DNA of 63,777 nucleotides, counting the filler, from Octopus bimaculoides (lineage: Eukaryota), in NCBI RefSeq assembly GCF_001194135.2. It is 11 parts of 9 records of this genome, joined end to end, with 100 filler letters (N's around TTAATTAATTAA, not from the genome) between each part and the next. Parts side by side here need not be neighbours in the genome. Positions count along the whole stretch, not along the records: positions 48,551 to 60,072 come from NC_068982.1; positions 60,173 to 62,157 come from NC_068988.1; positions 62,258 to 63,777 come from NC_068990.1; 8 more parts are not named here. The stretch is one strand, 5' to 3'. Shown piece by piece: positions 52,455-63,777 of the stretch (positions are counted from its first letter, which is position 1; each line of letters opens with the position of its first letter). The position numbers and the translations under genes were made by a program. A model generated the notes under the pieces. It was not told the DNA's origin. It did not search any database and saw only the letters and a program-made list of their open reading frames with translations.

Positions 52455-55400
52455 ACAGGCTTCTTTCAGTTTCCGTCTACCAAATCCACTCACAAGGCTT
52501 TGGTTGGCCCGAGGCTATAGTAGAAGACACTTGCCCAAGGTGCCATGGTTCTTACCACACAGCCACTCCTACGCCTAGTAAAACATTTCAACATCTGGTG
52601 GATAACTTTCTGATATTCCAGCTTTTCTATCATTTTGCGACAAAGTTTTGATTCTATTTTATAAACATTTCGTTTCTTTATACCTTTTTCCATATAAATC
52701 CGAGGCCTTGTGTTTATACAAGAAATCATTCATTATAACAGCTGTGAAAGATACTTTCATTTATTCATGCCTGCATGTACTAATACCTTATATTTTCTTA
52801 CATTTATAACTTCTTGATCATGTTATCGTTTCTACAAAGTAAAAAAATATTTTAAGAATATACGGAATTAAAGTAAACCCTTTAATAACAATTTACAATG
52901 ACTGTTTCATACTTTTTTAATACACTGGAGCATAGAAATTATACATGTATCGCACTTTCCATTAATTTACTGTAATTCTTTACTCTCTTTGTGTTCTTAG
53001 TGGTGCCCGTGTTAACAAGAGAGATAGTGACAGTTACACTCCACTACTGTTAGCAGCACTTCGTGGCCACAGTGAGACCATTGAGATATTGATGAATGCT
53101 TCTGCGGATCCTTTAGCAGTGGATAAATATGAAAAAACAGCTATTTACTTGGCCTCAGAAGAAAACAAAACACTAGTTCTCAAGGTTAATCTTTTTTCAG
53201 TTTTTAAACTTGACTTGCTTAAAATGCTTCTAATTTGAACAACATCTTGTTAATGCACTGCAGTATATAAATATGAAATATTAGTCATATTACAGAGTAG
53301 CATTAAACATGTTTACATTATGCTTGCATACACTGATACATAATAAACATCAAATATTTAATGTATAGAACTTTCCAGTGTGAAGTAAATACTGTATATA
53401 TTTAGTACACCCAGGTACTCTCAAACCACTTCTGCAAAAACAGGAGGTGTTCTAGTGCATTCCATTTGAAGGGAGATGTGGGAAGACCTTGTCAGGAATT
53501 GGTGTCAATGCTATGGTGTTGGATACTACAGAAATGGATTTGGTCAACATACTTGTAAAGAAATACAAGGCAGTGACAAAAGCAAAGATTAATTTGAACA
53601 AATTGGTAGGCATGCAGCAGCTTGGCACCTGAAGAGGCAAGTCCATGCTAAAGACCAGCATTGTAGGGTGTTGTTTCAATAGGTCAATTAAGTTAGATAA
53701 GTCAGTTAAATTAGAGTCTGGTTTAGTCTGGACGTTCAGGATGAAGCTATAAGCCAGGTTGCCAGTCTTACCAAGGAAACTATTCCTGTAAGTTCACTCA
53801 GAGATAATGAATATATACATTGCTTCCATCATGTATTACTACCAGACTATTATGTCCTGTCCTAGTTCTCACCCAACCAATTTAGAATGTCTACTCTTTG
53901 TTTCTTGTGAAAGAGATATATTCCTTTGACTAAGGAGTTTGTCTGCTGTTAAAACCCTCAACATAAAGGAATAAGGATGTCATAGTTGATGGTGCACAGA
54001 CATATGCAGAGGTTGCAGCTTCCTTAGAGATATAGGTAAAAAGGTATAGTTACCCATTGTGAAGTATATTTTCCCCCCAGCTCATCTCTTTGACATTCCT
54101 GGCTCAAGCAAAATCAAAAATTGGGTACTTGGCTTTAAGAATACTGTCAAGTATTCACAGCCTTCCATCAGTCAGTCAATGTTGGTGGTGGGACTTCCAT
54201 TTGAGCATTTTATTAAGGATAATTGGTGGGGAAAATCAACGATGTTCTCAGAGAAAATTTGGACACCCATGAACCATCTGGTTGGTGTGTTTTAAAGGAC
54301 TTTCAAACAAAAATCCTATGGTTAACTTCCACAGATCCCTAACCTGGCAGTGCTACTGATGGGGCATTGCCATTCCATGACAAGCTTTATGTGTATGGAA
54401 GCCCATTAGCCAAGTCTGTCTGAAATGTATGTAGAGTGGCTGTGTGCACCTGTTTAATGTCTAAGAATTGATGGTTTGTGGAATTTATTCAAACAGCAGT
54501 AGCCATATGGGGAATGGATATGCCCATCATCTCTGTCTATTGTGAATATTAGTCCACAGCCTTCCCTTGTCTGAGAAGGAGGGGTATTGGTGAATGGAAT
54601 GAAATTGAAAATTTTTCTTTTCAGCCAATTCCATCTGGAAAAATTGGATGAAAATATGATGATAATGAAGATGAAGAATTAATACTTTTATCATTATGTA
54701 TTTTATCTGATATCTAATGAATATTTGCTATTCTTTTCTAGAAACTTTTGGAATATCCTGGAATGAAAGATCAAGTTCATGCAAATGACCAATATGGTAA
54801 TCGACCTTTACATGTGGCAGCAAAGGAAGGATTCACAGAAATTGTGATGGTAATATTTACTAATTAATATTGTGTAATCTATATATAGTGGCATTGTTAC
54901 TTATTGAAAGAGTAACAAATTATGATCTGATTTCAATATTTCATTAATGACCATAACATCATTAATTTTGACCTGTGCTATAACATCATTAATTTTGACC
55001 TGTGCCATAACATCATTAATTTTGACCTGTGCCAGTGCCATCTTTGTGTTAAAACAAATGTAGACAAATAATAACAAATAAACATGCATATAAGTTTCAA
55101 TAATATGGTTTTCAAAACTATAATATTGGTTTCAACACATGGTTTCATGTCCAAATTCTTGTAAAACAAATTAAAAAATTGATTTAATTTATTTTAGATT
55201 CTTTTAAGTCATGGAGCTGATATTATGGCCACGAATGACGACGAAGAAACACCAATACATTTAGCTTCAAAATTTGGACGAACTAAGTAAGCTTGCTTCT
55301 TTTTCTTTTAAATATTTCACTTTTGAATAATTTATACCATTTAATATTCACAATAGTTATGTGAATTCTCAAGAATGGCTTTCATTCAGATCCTGGCACA

Positions 55401-56900
55401 AAACAACTCTGAATTCAACCATTTTAAGAGGTCTTTTCTTGACTAACTGTCATGAGGCAGCATTTTTTTACAGTTATTTCCATTTATCTTCAGGAAATAT
55501 TCATAAAACATCTTTCTAGATGGAAGAACACAATATTTTGCATTTGTCAATCCTTAAAATTTGCAATCTCTTAATGTTTGTTAACTCTTTGCCTGTCCTT
55601 TGCTGATACACAGAACACATTTTCTTGGTTTCCATGCATCATACACAGATGGCAGGGAAATATGTATTCTGGTGGTTGAAAAAAATTGGGAATGTGTATT
55701 TTGATACATGTTCTCAATTAACACTTTTCAATCACCAGAGTAACTTGAGACTAATGAGAAAAAGCTTTATATTACTCATAAATAAAAAGGACCTAGTAAA
55801 AGTCTGAAAACAAGCATGGATGTTTAAGATGTTTAAGACAAACTTATTAAAATGCTTTGGATAGGCAAAAGATTAAATGCTTTGTAATTTAGCTTCTGTT
55901 ACAATCTTGGAGAAAAATCTCAGTTATGTTATCTCTCTTGGCTTAGTTAGAGAGGACCTTGCTAAATGACTTGAAATAAGCACTTAATTAACTTCTGTTA
56001 CCTATATTTTCTATTTTTATCTGATAGCGTTGTTCGTGCACTTGTTAAAGCTGATAAATCTGTAGTGAAATCAGAAGATGAAGATTCCAATACACCTTTG
56101 CATATTGCTGCCCTTCACGGACATGACAAAGTTGGAGAAATTCTTATAAACTTTGGAGCTGATGTCGGTGCAGTGTAAGTAAAATCTCTGATTTATCTTG
56201 ACATCTTTAACATACTCTGAATGTTCAGCTTTGCATTTGTTTGTTGCCATTTTATTAATTTATCTCTTTCTCTTATGTACACCTGTTCCCACCATCTCTC
56301 ACTCTCCCTTTAATCCATCCTCCTCCTCCTCATCATCATCGTTTAACGTCCGCTTTCCATGCTAGCATGGGTTGGACGATTTGACTGAGGACTAGTGAAA
56401 CCAGATGGCTACACCAGGCTCCAATCTGATTTGGCAGAGTTTCTACAGCTGGATGCCCTTCCTAACGCCAACCACTCCGAGAGTGTAGTGGGTGCTAAAT
56501 TTTGTTTATTAGCTAATTAATTAGATCACCAGACACACATTACTATATTTGACATGAGATCTATCATTGTCCTTCTTTTTTGTCATTTATACGCCTTTAT
56601 ACAGCAAATAATTATAGTAATAGTGTATATAAAATAGCATCACACATGACCTTTCAATACAGAAACAGCAGTAACCTAACGCATTAGTGCCTAAATTATT
56701 TTATTTAATTTATTAGCAAAAATTTTTTTTATACAACTTTATCTGATACTAAATATATAAAAAAATTTTTATTGCAATATTTGAAAAACACTTCAGTCTT
56801 GATGACTAACTAAAATATCTCAGAAAAATACAGGTGTTGCAGAAATATGATGGATTAGCTTTGTGGCCCTAAAAAAAGGACCATGGGCACTAATGGGTTA

Positions 56901-56959
<59 letters not shown>

Positions 56960-59635
56960 TGTTTGTCTGTATGTATCATCATGATCTATCAGCATCATTT
57001 AATGTCCCTCTTTCACTGCTTGCATGGGTTGGATGGTGTGACAGGAACCAACAAGTCAGATGGCTGCCCTATACTTTAATATCCACTTTGGCATAGTTTC
57101 TATTACTGGATGCTCTTACTTATGCCAGCCATTTTATATAATGTATGGAGGGCTTTTCTTTGTGGCACTAGTGAGGCAACCAAATACTCAAGATCTCCCA
57201 ACTAAGTGGGGTATGCTATTGAAGGATGTAAAAGTATTAAAGAGGGATAGGAACAGGTGTCATGCTGAAGAGATGAATACCTGACTTCCTCTGCTGGAAA
57301 AAGAGAGAGAGAGAGAGAAAAATGGTGAGGGTATACCTTCTGCAGGGTGGTTGGTGTTAGGAAGGGCATCCAACTGTAAAAGCCATGCCAAAACAAACAC
57401 TGAAGCCAGGTGCAGTCTTCTGCCTAACCAGCTCCTATTAAACCATCCAACCCATGCCAGCATGGAAAGTGGACGTTAAATGATGATGGTGATGACACAC
57501 ACACACACATACACACACACACACATACACACACATACACACACACACAAACACACACGACAGACATCTTTCAGTCTCATTATCATTGTCATTTTAATGT
57601 CCATCTTTCTATGCTGGTATGGGTCAGAAGAAATTTGTTGAGGTAGATTTTCTACAGCAGAATGCTCTTCCTGTCATCAACCCTCACCTGTTTCCAAGTA
57701 AGGTTATATTTACTCATGACCAGATATGATACTGTTTGTATGTTGGTGACACTTGTTTACAACTATCACATGATGTCAAGGCAAGAAGACAGTAGCACAC
57801 ATACACTCATGCACACACACACATCCACATAAACATGCACACACACACACACACATGCACATGTACACGCACACATATATGACGAGCTTCTTTTCTGTTT
57901 CCATCTACCAGACTCATTCACAAGGCTTTGGTCAACCTGGAGCTATTGTAGAGACACTCACACACAGTGCAGCACCAAGGTCACTTTGTTGTGAAGCAAA
58001 CTTCTAAGCTATCCTGTTACCATACCTATACTGTTATCACACCTGAGATACAATTGAATGAAGCTTAGCTTTTGCTTCTCTTAGGTGCAAACATCACATT
58101 GATAATCCCTCATTTGTCATGGTCCTACATGTAACTAGTTTGATTTGGAATTTTATAGAATTTCCTATTATGAAGCTTTGCATCATACTATCATACAATC
58201 ATACAATACCATGAGAAACTGGTTAAAAGCAAACAGTTGCAATAACAACAGCAGCAGAAGGAGTAACTACAAGCACATAATTTAGTTCAATTGTTTTGGT
58301 TATGGTTGCTGTGTAGAGATAATTAACAGATAGTACTGTATCATCATGTGGAGGTGCGTGGCTTAGTGGTTAGGGTGTCAGCATCATGATTGTAAGATTG
58401 TGGTTTCGATTCCTGGACCGGACTGTGTGTTGTGTTCTTGAGCAAAACACTTCATTTCATGTTGCTCCATTCCACTCAGCTGGCAAAAATGAGTAACGTT
58501 ATGATGGACTGGCGTCCCACCCAGCTGGGGAACACATACACCATTGAAACTGGGAAACCGGGCCCATGAGCCTTGCTAGGCTTTAAAAGGGTGCAAAGAA
58601 AAGAGACTGTATCATCATAATTCTACCACAACATGACAATTATATTGTAGTGTGTGACAATTATGTAATGATAATAAATAACATTTATTTATATATTTTT
58701 CTTAATGTTTAACAGATGTTTTAATTTCAGAATGAAGTAAAAAAAAAAAAATTCCAGGCATGGCTGTGTGGTAAAAAGCTTGCTTCCTAACCACATAGTC
58801 CTGGGTTCAGTCCTCCTGTATGATGCCTTGGACAGGTGTCTTCTACTATAGCCTTGGACTGACCAAAGCCTTGTGAGTGCATTTGGTAGATGGAAACTGA
58901 GAGAAGCCCATTGTATATATGTGTATGCTGAGACCCCCTTCGGTCATGACTGACCATGGGATTATACCTAGAAAGTAATCCTTCCAGGCACAAGTCCGGG
59001 TAAGGTTGTTGTTTATGGAAGACCAGCAGTCGCCCATGCATACCGGCCTTCCCTCTCCATGCCACCAGTGTTATCCAAGGGAAAGGCAAAGACCGATACA
59101 GCTTGGCACCTGTGACATCACAACTCATTTTACAGCTGAGTGGACTGGAGCAATGTGAAATAAAGTGTCTTGCTCAAGAACACAATGGCAAGCTACTTAC
59201 CACACAGCCATAAAAAAAAAACCCAATCTTCAATTATCATTTAAAAAAAATATTTATTATTATTTGCTTTCCATCTTTTCAAATATTTTCCAGTAACAAC
59301 AATATGTGGACACCGTTGGATTGTGCAGCTGCTAATGGATGGACTCATATGGCAATGATTCTTTTAGATTCTGATAGTTTAGTGGACCCTGCAGATAAAT
59401 CTAAGGTTTGTATAGTAGATGGTTAAATCAGTTTATTCTCTATATGTGATGTGCTAAGACTAGTGTCTCTCACCAACTGTATATTTCTTTATTTGTAGAC
59501 AACTCCCCTCCATCTTGCTTGCCGTAATGGACATCTACGAATGGTACGGCTCTTACTGCAGAGAAATGCTAGTGTAAGTCAAAGGGATTCAGATGGAAAT
59601 AATTGTCTTGATTTGGCAATTGATAATAATAACAA
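49118..59635 (+). CDS. TRPA1: Multi-exon ankyrin-repeat region (11 repeats, about 355 aa, partial) of a probable TRPA-type cation channel
   Basis: Eight GT-AG exons with matching phases: 49118-49211, 49518-49713, 53001-53184, 54742-54849, 55198-55286, 56028-56174, 59294-59405, 59499-59635. Ankyrin identity is certain from the TPLHxAA repeats. TRPA assignment rests on recalled similarity of [44 protein letters not shown] to invertebrate TRPA1-like proteins; the TM domain is not in the window. Confidence 0.72.
49518..49713 (+). CDS. Ankyrin gene exon b
   Basis: TTTTAG|[41 protein letters not shown]|GTGAGA. Confidence 0.95.
49978..50376 (+). mobile_element. SINE family 2, full length, flanked by 50-bp direct repeats
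   Basis: GGCGCAGGAGTGGCTGTGTGGTAAG head to (AGAGTA)n tail; 49928-49977 is identical to 50386-50435. Confidence 0.92.
51175..51735 (+). mobile_element. RTE LINE ORF2 3' fragment
   Basis: Homologous to 62752-63217 ([29 protein letters not shown]..); frameshifted. Confidence 0.8.
51925..52575 (-). mobile_element. SINE family 2, full length, with a nested insert in its internal microsatellite
   Basis: 3' half at 51925-52135, head at 52450-52575; insert at about 52160-52345 resembles one arm of foldback family B. Confidence 0.8.
53001..53184 (+). CDS. Ankyrin gene exon c
   Basis: TCTTAG|[40 protein letters not shown]|GTTAAT. Confidence 0.93.
54742..54849 (+). CDS. Ankyrin gene exon d
   Basis: TTCTAG|[36 protein letters not shown]|GTAATA. 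Confidence 0.93.
54953..55033 (+). repeat. 27-bp intronic minisatellite x3
   Basis: ATAACATCATTAATTTTGACCTGTGCY at 54953, 54980 and 55007. Confidence 0.95.
55198..55286 (+). CDS. Ankyrin gene exon e
   Basis: TTTTAG|[29 protein letters not shown]|GTAAGC. Confidence 0.93.
56028..56174 (+). CDS. Ankyrin gene exon f
   Basis: TGATAG|[48 protein letters not shown]|GTAAGT. Confidence 0.95.
56325..56495 (-). mobile_element. RTE 3'-UTR-derived short element
   Basis: Reverse complement of 63575-63742, including the (CAT)n tail. Confidence 0.85.
57335..57495 (+). mobile_element. RTE 3'-UTR-derived short element (inverted relative to 56325-56495 and 56990-57190)
   Basis: GGAAGGGCATCCAACTGTAAAA..CATGGAAAGTGGACGTTAAATGATGATG. 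Confidence 0.8.
58348..58605 (+). mobile_element. SINE family 3, full length, with a 13-bp TSD
   Basis: tRNA-like A box (GTGGCTTAGTGG) and B box (GGTTTCGATTCC); ACTGTATCATCAT at 58335-58347 and 58606-58618. Confidence 0.9.
59294..59405 (+). CDS. Ankyrin gene exon g
   Basis: TTCCAG|[37 protein letters not shown]|GTTTGT. Confidence 0.93.
59499..59635 (+). CDS. Ankyrin gene exon h
   Basis: TTGTAG|[45 protein letters not shown]|GTAAGT. Confidence 0.95.
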
Positions 59636-59704
59636 GTAAGTGATTTTCAGTATGAAAAAATATTGCTACTTCAAGAAGTATTGGCTTTGTTTAACCTCTT
59701 AGCA

Positions 59705-60072
59705 TCTATATATATAAAAATGAGAATGTGTGTCTCTCTGTCTGTCTGTCTGTCTGTGTGAATCCCTAAAACTCGAGAACTACGCAACCAATTTCATTCA
59801 AATTTTACACATGCCTTACTTAGGGTTCCAGTTGTGTTTTAGTCAAAAAAAAAATATTAATTTCTTGCAGAGTTCGAGCACACGGCAACATAATATCTCC
59901 TCCACTATTTAAGTATTACGTGTCAAAAGTGAAACAAAAACACTCATGTCAAATACTTTCACTTTAAAAATGAAACTATTCCACTAACTGAAACAATCAC
60001 ATTTCGATACTGTAGTGACAGATACTTTCACAGAGAGAGAAAGAGAGAAAGAGAGAGACAGAAAGAGAGAGA
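59705..60072 (+). mobile_element. Helitron 5' end (cut by the scaffold end)
   Basis: A|TCTATATATATAAAAATGAGAATG..(CTGT)n..AAAACTCGAGAACTACGCAACCAATTTCATTCAAATTTTACAC, the typical animal Helitron 5' terminus after an A. Confidence 0.7.
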
Positions 60073-60172
60073 NNNNNNNNNNNNNNNNNNNNNNNNNNNN
60101 NNNNNNNNNNNNNNNNTTAATTAATTAANNNNNNNNNNNNNNNNNNNNNNNNNNNNNNNNNNNNNNNNNNNN

Positions 60173-60510
60173 AGTCGAGGAAATCGACCCCAGGATTTAT
60201 TCTTTGTAAGCCTAGTACTTATTCTATCGGTCTCTTTTTGCCGAACCGCTAAGTTACGGGGACGTAAACACACCAGCATCGGTTGTCAAGCGATGGTGGG
60301 GGGACAAACACAGACACACAAACACACATACATATATATATATATACATATATACAACGGGCTTCTTTCAGTTTCCGTCTACCAAATCCACTCACAATGC
60401 TTTGGTCGGCCCGAGGCTATAGTAGAAGACACTTGCCCAAGGTGCCACGCAGTGGGACTGAACCCGGAACCATGTGGTTGGTAAGCAAGCTACTTACCAC
60501 ACAGCCACTC
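60173..60510 (-). mobile_element. SINE family 2, near-consensus copy
   Basis: Reverse complement of 49978-50330. Confidence 0.92.
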
Positions 60511-60869
60511 ATATATTATATTATATATTTTTCTTACTATGGATAACAGTGTCAGCTTATTGTTGACTGTTCGCTGTATTTTGTCATGTTATTATGTCTT
60601 CTATTATTCCTTCCTCCTCTGCGTCTATGTTCTCCACTCCTTTTATTTTGCACTTAATTATCTGGCAAAGATCAATCATGACTTTACGTCTTTTCCTCTC
60701 TTTTTTCCTCCCTGGTTTCTTTACATCTATTATTTACTTATTTATTTATTTATTTATTTATTTACTTACTTACCTTCTTTCACTTTCACTATCAACCAAA
60801 TAATTTTTGTTTTTTTTGTTTTTTTTTGCTTTATCTCATCATTCATCTCTTATTCTTAGTTTTTACTTG

Positions 60870-60874
60870 TCAAC

Positions 60875-60910
<36 letters not shown>

Positions 60911-61157
60911 CTGTCTTATTCCTGCTTCCTCTCTGTATGCACTTCTCTCACTCCCTCTTTCCGTCTCTCTCCCTTCCCCTCTCTCTCTCTCTCTGTCTCT
61001 CTCTCTCCGTCTATCTACTACCCTTTCTATTTTTATATATTCTGTTATTTTTTTCCTATTTTCGTCCTCTCAAATACTTACCTTTTTACTCGCGACTCAA
61101 ATTCGATCAAATATACCTAATTCTGCTTCTTTCTGACTCTCTCTCAATTTCCTCCGC

Positions 61158-61207
<50 letters not shown>

Positions 61208-61521
61208 ATGTACATCTCTCTCACTCTCTTCCTATGTACGTCTCTCCCTCACTCTCTCCTCTTCATTCCCTTTAAGTACTCTCTCCCTCTCTCTCACTGT
61301 CTCTCCACTTCTTTCCCTCTTTACCCCTCGCTCCTCTTCTCTCCGTTTCTCTCCCTCCGTCTCTGTAAGTACGTTTCTCTATCAGTCAATCTCCCCTTCC
61401 CTTATTCTCTCTAAGTACTTCTCTCTTCCCTTTCTGTCATAATCTCACCTTCCCTCATTCTCTCTAAGTACTCCCTTTCTCCCTCCCTCTCTCTCTCTAA
61501 ATACGTTTCTTTATCTCTTTC

Positions 61522-61566
<45 letters not shown>

Positions 61567-61640
61567 CGCTTTCTCTCTCAACCTTCCTCTTCCTCATTCT
61601 CTCTAACCACTTCCCTCTACTTTCACTTTCAGTCTTCTCT
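60870..61640. repeat. Extended (CT)n / polypyrimidine low-complexity tract
   Basis: Direct reading; produces the LSLS pseudo-ORFs. Confidence 0.9.
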
Positions 61641-62124
61641 CGCGATTTCAACTTTTATCTATTCTGCCTACGTTTATCGGTCAATCTTTCATTTTTATTT
61701 GTAGAATGAAAAGTTTACAAAATTTCCCCTCCTTGTCACCCTCAAAACCTGTCTAAGTGCGATACTTTGCATTCTACACGGGAGAACTGGTTCTCAGTAA
61801 CGATAGACGAGTGCCATAGTTAAGGATCTCTCACGTCTGAGAATTCTTTAAGTTGAACAAGTAACCCTCTACAAGGTTTATATATAGGTTTGTGTGCGCA
61901 TGTGTGTGCGTGAGTATGTGTGCGCGTGAGTATGTGTGTGCGTGAGTATGTGTGTGCGTGAGCATGTGTGTGTGTCTGTTTATGTGTATGTATACATATA
62001 TATTTATATATGCATACGCATGTGTGTATATATATAACATATACATACAAACATACAGATTATATATACATTTATATATGCATGTATGTATATATACACA
62101 CACATATATACACATATATAAATA

Positions 62125-62157
<33 letters not shown>

Positions 62158-62257
62158 NNNNNNNNNNNNNNNNNNNNNNNNNNNNNNNNNNNNNNNNNNN
62201 NTTAATTAATTAANNNNNNNNNNNNNNNNNNNNNNNNNNNNNNNNNNNNNNNNNNNN

Positions 62258-62575
62258 GGTGAGAATGGATGAGGATAGCTGCCTGAAAATGTGCCACACC
62301 CTAACAGTCGAGGGAACCTGTGGAAGAGGTAGGCCCAGGAAGACCTGGGCTGAGGTGGTGAGGCAAGACCTTCGTACATTGGGCCTCACCGAGGCGATGA
62401 CTACTGACCGAGACCTTTGGAAATGTGCTGTGCGTGAGAAGACCCGGCAAGCCAAGTAAGATCGTTGCCAGTGCCCCTGCACTGGTTCTTGTGCGGGTGG
62501 CACATGAGATGCACCATTTTGAGCGTGGCCGTTTTCGTGCGGGTGACACGTAAAAGCACCCACTACACTCTCATA
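62258..62575 (+). mobile_element. RTE LINE ORF2 3' end and partial UTR
   Basis: RMDEDSCLKMCHTLTVEGTCGRGRPRKTWAEVVRQDLRTLGL..DRDLWKCAV. Confidence 0.9.
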
Positions 62576-62751
62576 TGTATGTATGCATGCATGTATGTGG
62601 GGTGTCTATATATATATATATATATCATCATCATCATCATCATCATCGTTTNNNNNNNNNNNNNNNNNNNNNNNNNNNNNNNNNNNNNNNNNNNNNNNNN
62701 NNNNNNNNNNNNNNNNNNNNNNNNNNNNNNNNNNNNNNNNNNNNNNNNNNN

Positions 62752-63740
62752 GAATAAGAATAGTCTGGGCAAAGTTTAGAGAGCTCTTACCTCTGCTGGT
62801 GTCAAAAGGCCTCTCGCTCTGAGTAAATGGCAGACTGTATGACACATGTGTACGAACATGCATAAGCTCGCAAGAAATGAAGCCAGTTTGCTCCGATGGA
62901 TGTGTAATGTCAGTGTGCATACTCAACAGAGTGTAAGTACCATGAGAGAAAAGTTGGACCTAAGAAGCATCAGTTGTGGTGTGCAAGAGAGACGATTGCG
63001 CTGGTATGGTCATGTGGCAAGAATGGATGAGGATAGCTGTGTGAAAAAGTGCCACACCCTAGTGGTTGAGGAAACCTGTAGAAGAGGTAGACCCAGTAAT
63101 ACCTGGAATGAGGTGGTGAAGCATAACCTTCAAACATTAGGCCTCACCGAGGCAATGACTAGTGGCCGAGATCTTTGGAAATACGCTGTGCTTGAGAAGA
63201 CCCGGCAAGCCAAGTGAGACCATAATCCATGGCCTTTGCCAGGGGTGTAGCCAGCCCACTTATTCATACCTTTCCTTCATTGGACGCTAAACCCTGCTTG
63301 CGAAGACCGTTTGGGGCAAGTGAAATTGAAATTGTAACTGAACTAAATTCAATGACTGGCACTTGTGCCAGTGGAGCGCTAACAGCATCGTCTGAGCATG
63401 ATCATTACCAGCGTTGCCTTACTGGCACTTTTGCCGGTGGCACATGAAAAAACATTCGAGCGAGGTCATTGCCAGTTCCGCTGGACTGGCTCCTGTGCAG
63501 GTGGCATGTAAAAAACATCATTTGAGCATTGCCAGTACCGCCTGACTGGCCCTCATGCCGGTGACACGTAAAAGCACCCACTACACTCTCGGAGTGGTTG
63601 GCGTTAGGAAGGGCATCCAGCCGTAGAAATTCTGCCAGATCAGATTGGAGCCTGGTGCAGCCATCTGGTTCGCTAGTCCTCAACCAAATTGTCCAATCCA
63701 TGCTAGCATGGAAAGCGGACGTTAAATGATGATGATGATG

Positions 63741-63742
<2 letters not shown>
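62752..63742 (+). mobile_element. RTE LINE 3' kilobase (ORF2 end, 3' UTR, (GAT)n tail)
   Basis: ..RELLPLLVSKGLSL..RNEASLLRWMCNV..ERRLRWYGHVARMDED..RRGRPSNTW.EVVK..L..* (stop at 63217), the RLRWxGHVxR / RGRPxxxW RTE signature; the UTR ends TTAAATGATGATGATG. Confidence 0.9.

Positions 63743-63777
<35 letters not shown>

Noticed and set aside
53400-54620. Possible ancient LINE relic in the ankyrin-gene intron; likewise 1100-1500 and 10240-11060
   Set aside because: Higher-complexity sequence, but I could not read diagnostic RT/EN motifs by eye; needs a profile search.
58348-58430. tRNA-like sequences at SINE heads (also 49978 and 12936)
   Set aside because: They continue into SINE bodies, have TSDs and lack a complete cloverleaf; not tRNA genes.

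Overview
AT-rich, microsatellite-dense animal DNA, most likely an octopus (inferred from the SINE/RTE repertoire and gene content). It is not one locus. Ten identical 100-bp spacers (44 N + TTAATTAATTAA + 44 N) join 11 separate small scaffolds: 1-11975, 12076-20523, 20624-26530, 26631-33453, 33554-39886, 39987-41512, 41613-46041, 46142-48450, 48551-60072, 60173-62157, 62258-63777. Adjacency across spacers therefore means nothing. Host genes I can support: (1) one spliced exon encoding a MYT1-family CCHHC zinc finger (6346-6489, minus; absent from the ORF track); (2) an uninterrupted SLC17/sialin-like transporter CDS (44645-46041, minus; split and partly duplicated by the assembly); (3) eight phase-compatible GT-AG exons encoding 11 ankyrin repeats of a probable TRPA-type channel (49118-59635, plus). 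The rest is mobile-element debris: three tRNA-like SINE families, RTE LINE 3' ends, an R4/Dong-type fragment, two Penelope-like fragments, Helitron/Helentron pieces, long-arm foldback elements in (TA)n, hammerhead-like motifs and a CpG-rich ACGA/ACGT satellite scaffold. Nearly all ORF-track entries are microsatellite or N-gap artefacts. I see no clear-cut new biological system. The best leads are listed as findings, with inference marked. Repeat coordinates were read by eye and are approximate (about +/-20 bp); exon boundaries were counted base by base.
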